The notes under the pieces: generated by a model
The model's database searches: none
What the model saw: only the letters and a program-made list of their open reading frames with translations
What the model was told of the DNA's origin: nothing
Source: a virus
Taxonomy: Duplodnaviria; Heunggongvirae; Uroviricota; Caudoviricetes
IMG/VR virus record: IMGVR_UViG_2617271072_000007
Length of the DNA: 41,644 nucleotides
Direction: 5' to 3' (one strand)
Position numbers and translations under genes: made by a program
Shown here: positions 39,776 to 41,644 of the stretch, piece after piece
Numbering within the stretch: position 1 is the stretch's first letter
Layout of the letters: each line of letters begins with the position of its first letter

Positions 39776-41175
39776 CCTCGCCGCCGTAGCAATGCCACCT
39801 GCGCAAGTATGCTCCGCTCGTGAGCCTCGAAAGCTTCGCGCTTTAACGCAATCTCTTCCTGCAAAATCTCATCAGAAAAGTCGTAATGTTCTGCCATCGG
39901 GTCATCTGACTTGCTGGAGTGGTGAAGGCAAAGGAGGCTGATTTCCCTTCGGTCTGATCGGGAATAGCCTCTTTCCTTCATCAAGGCAATAACATTGCTC
40001 TTAAGGAATTTACGGCACATCGTATTAAATGCACCGTCTTTCCCTTTAACAGTCCCATCATGTTTTATTCCTTTTACAGCCCCATCCGGGCTGTATGTTT
40101 TCACTAGCTTATCCAGTGATCGTTTTGAAAATGGCTGCATTGGATCACGCGGCTGCAAAAATACATAATCCCTGTTGCACTCAGGAACTGAATCACGCCA
40201 TGCTTTCTGCTCGTCGATAATCCGCCGGATCTCCGGCGTTATTGGCAGGCGGAAAGCCTTTTGTGTTTTCATAGCCCCTCGCATGCCGATAACCCCTTCA
40301 GGATAAACAATTTCGCCAGTCTCCTCGTGAACGTAGTCCCAGCGCAGGTTATGGACATTAATCGGACGAACGCCGGTGATGATCATGAAGCGAACAGCAT
40401 TCTTCTGGTGTACAGAGGTGCAGGCGGCAACATTGAGCCAGAGCCGGGCGATTGACTCAATATCGGTAAAAAGCCGTGTGGGGGTGGGTTTCTGTACGCG
40501 GGAGGAAACATAATCATCTGGCAGACTGGCAGCAACATTGCGACCGTTACAAAGAGTAGGTGCGCAGAACTTCCAGAACCGACGGAGCTCGGCAAACAAC
40601 TCCAGGGCGTTATTGTTCGAGCGAGTGGCGATCCACTCGTCCAGCACTTCCACTAGCCGATTGTATGTTACGTCGCTGAACACCTCACGCTCGCCGAACG
40701 TTGCTTTAATCCGGTCGATACGCACCCCGTAGGTTGTGAAACTGTCCGGGCTCAGCTTCTGCCGGGCGACTTTGGCTTTGAGGTCATCCCGGTACATTTC
40801 CAGCGCTGCATGTACGGACTCTGCCCGCAAGCCACAGTCAGCCATACCTAGCGCTTTTTCGCGCGCCAGCTGGATAGCGAGCTCCGGCCACTCGCCGAGC
40901 TTTTTACCCTTGAGGCCCATCTTTTTTGGAAACTCGGCGTAAAATGTAACCTTACCGGCTTTGCTGAAATCGATACGGAGATAGTTCTCTTTTTCGTATT
41001 TGGAACGGCGAGCCACGCCGGAAGCAGCGAGGATGATTTTGGCGGCAGCAACACAGATTTTCATGTGTGCGCTGGTATAGGGGGGTTTACAGGCGTCCCA
41101 TTTTTCAGATGCGGCTAAAACATCGTCATTATTGGGGCTATCCGGATTATGTGTTACAGTGCGCGGCATTCTCAA
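39772..41175 (-). CDS. int: tyrosine integrase (P4-type)
   Basis: 467-aa ORF; true start may be MKICVAAAK at about 41064; sits at the prophage-chromosome boundary. Confidence 0.85.
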   Translation of the reverse strand: MRMPRTVTHNPDSPNNDDVLAASEKWDACKPPYTSAHMKICVAAAKIILAASGVARRSKYEKENYLRIDFSKAGKVTFYAEFPKKMGLKGKKLGEWPELAIQLAREKALGMADCGLRAESVHAALEMYRDDLKAKVARQKLSPDSFTTYGVRIDRIKATFGEREVFSDVTYNRLVEVLDEWIATRSNNNALELFAELRRFWKFCAPTLCNGRNVAASLPDDYVSSRVQKPTPTRLFTDIESIARLWLNVAACTSVHQKNAVRFMIITGVRPINVHNLRWDYVHEETGEIVYPEGVIGMRGAMKTQKAFRLPITPEIRRIIDEQKAWRDSVPECNRDYVFLQPRDPMQPFSKRSLDKLVKTYSPDGAVKGIKHDGTVKGKDGAFNTMCRKFLKSNVIALMKERGYSRSDRREISLLCLHHSSKSDDPMAEHYDFSDEILQEEIALKREAFEAHERSILAQVALLRRRG

Positions 41176-41374
41176 TCCTTATCTGCGTAGGCGCAGAAAA
41201 CAAGCTCACACATACAAGTCTTTTCTACGGGACAAAATGCAATGTGTTGCGGTTTTGTGTTGCTGGACTGAGTTTATCAAGGTTAAATACACTGGATCAA
41301 CATACAGTAAGTTAATGACAGTAAAGCATACAAACTCGATACAACTTACTGATTTTAAAATGATTTAACGGTAA

Positions 41375-41644
<270 letters not shown>

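Overview
Nearly the whole window is one temperate prophage in an Escherichia/Shigella-type chromosome. It runs off the left edge and ends on the right at a tyrosine integrase beside the host ferredoxin gene yfhL (41384-41644). Regulation is lambda-like and the virion is myovirus-like. Divergent cro (27331-27531, -) and CI repressor (27673-28348, +) sit at the centre. On the minus strand the order is cro, prim-pol/helicase, iteron origin, Q antiterminator, holin / lambda-R-type endolysin / spanin, small and large terminase, portal, Mu-F-like protein, scaffold, major capsid, neck, sheath, tube, tape measure, baseplate, then a tail fibre with a Pin/Gin-type invertible host-range segment and its invertase (501-1055). 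On the plus strand a strong pL-like promoter with a boxA element precedes an early-left operon carrying a DUF2800-type nuclease, DUF2815, family-A DNA polymerase, VRR-NUC, SNF2 helicase and Xis. Several AT-rich, mostly opposite-strand cargo genes interrupt this backbone (immunity region, replication operon, baseplate operon, prophage end). These are the best candidates for an undescribed accessory or defence function, but none could be assigned to a known system from sequence alone. At least ten single-base indels in homopolymer runs break otherwise intact phage genes, which looks more like sequencing error than decay. No alignment or HMM tool was run: all family assignments are motif recognition by eye, and coordinates of non-coding elements are approximate (+/- 3 nt).
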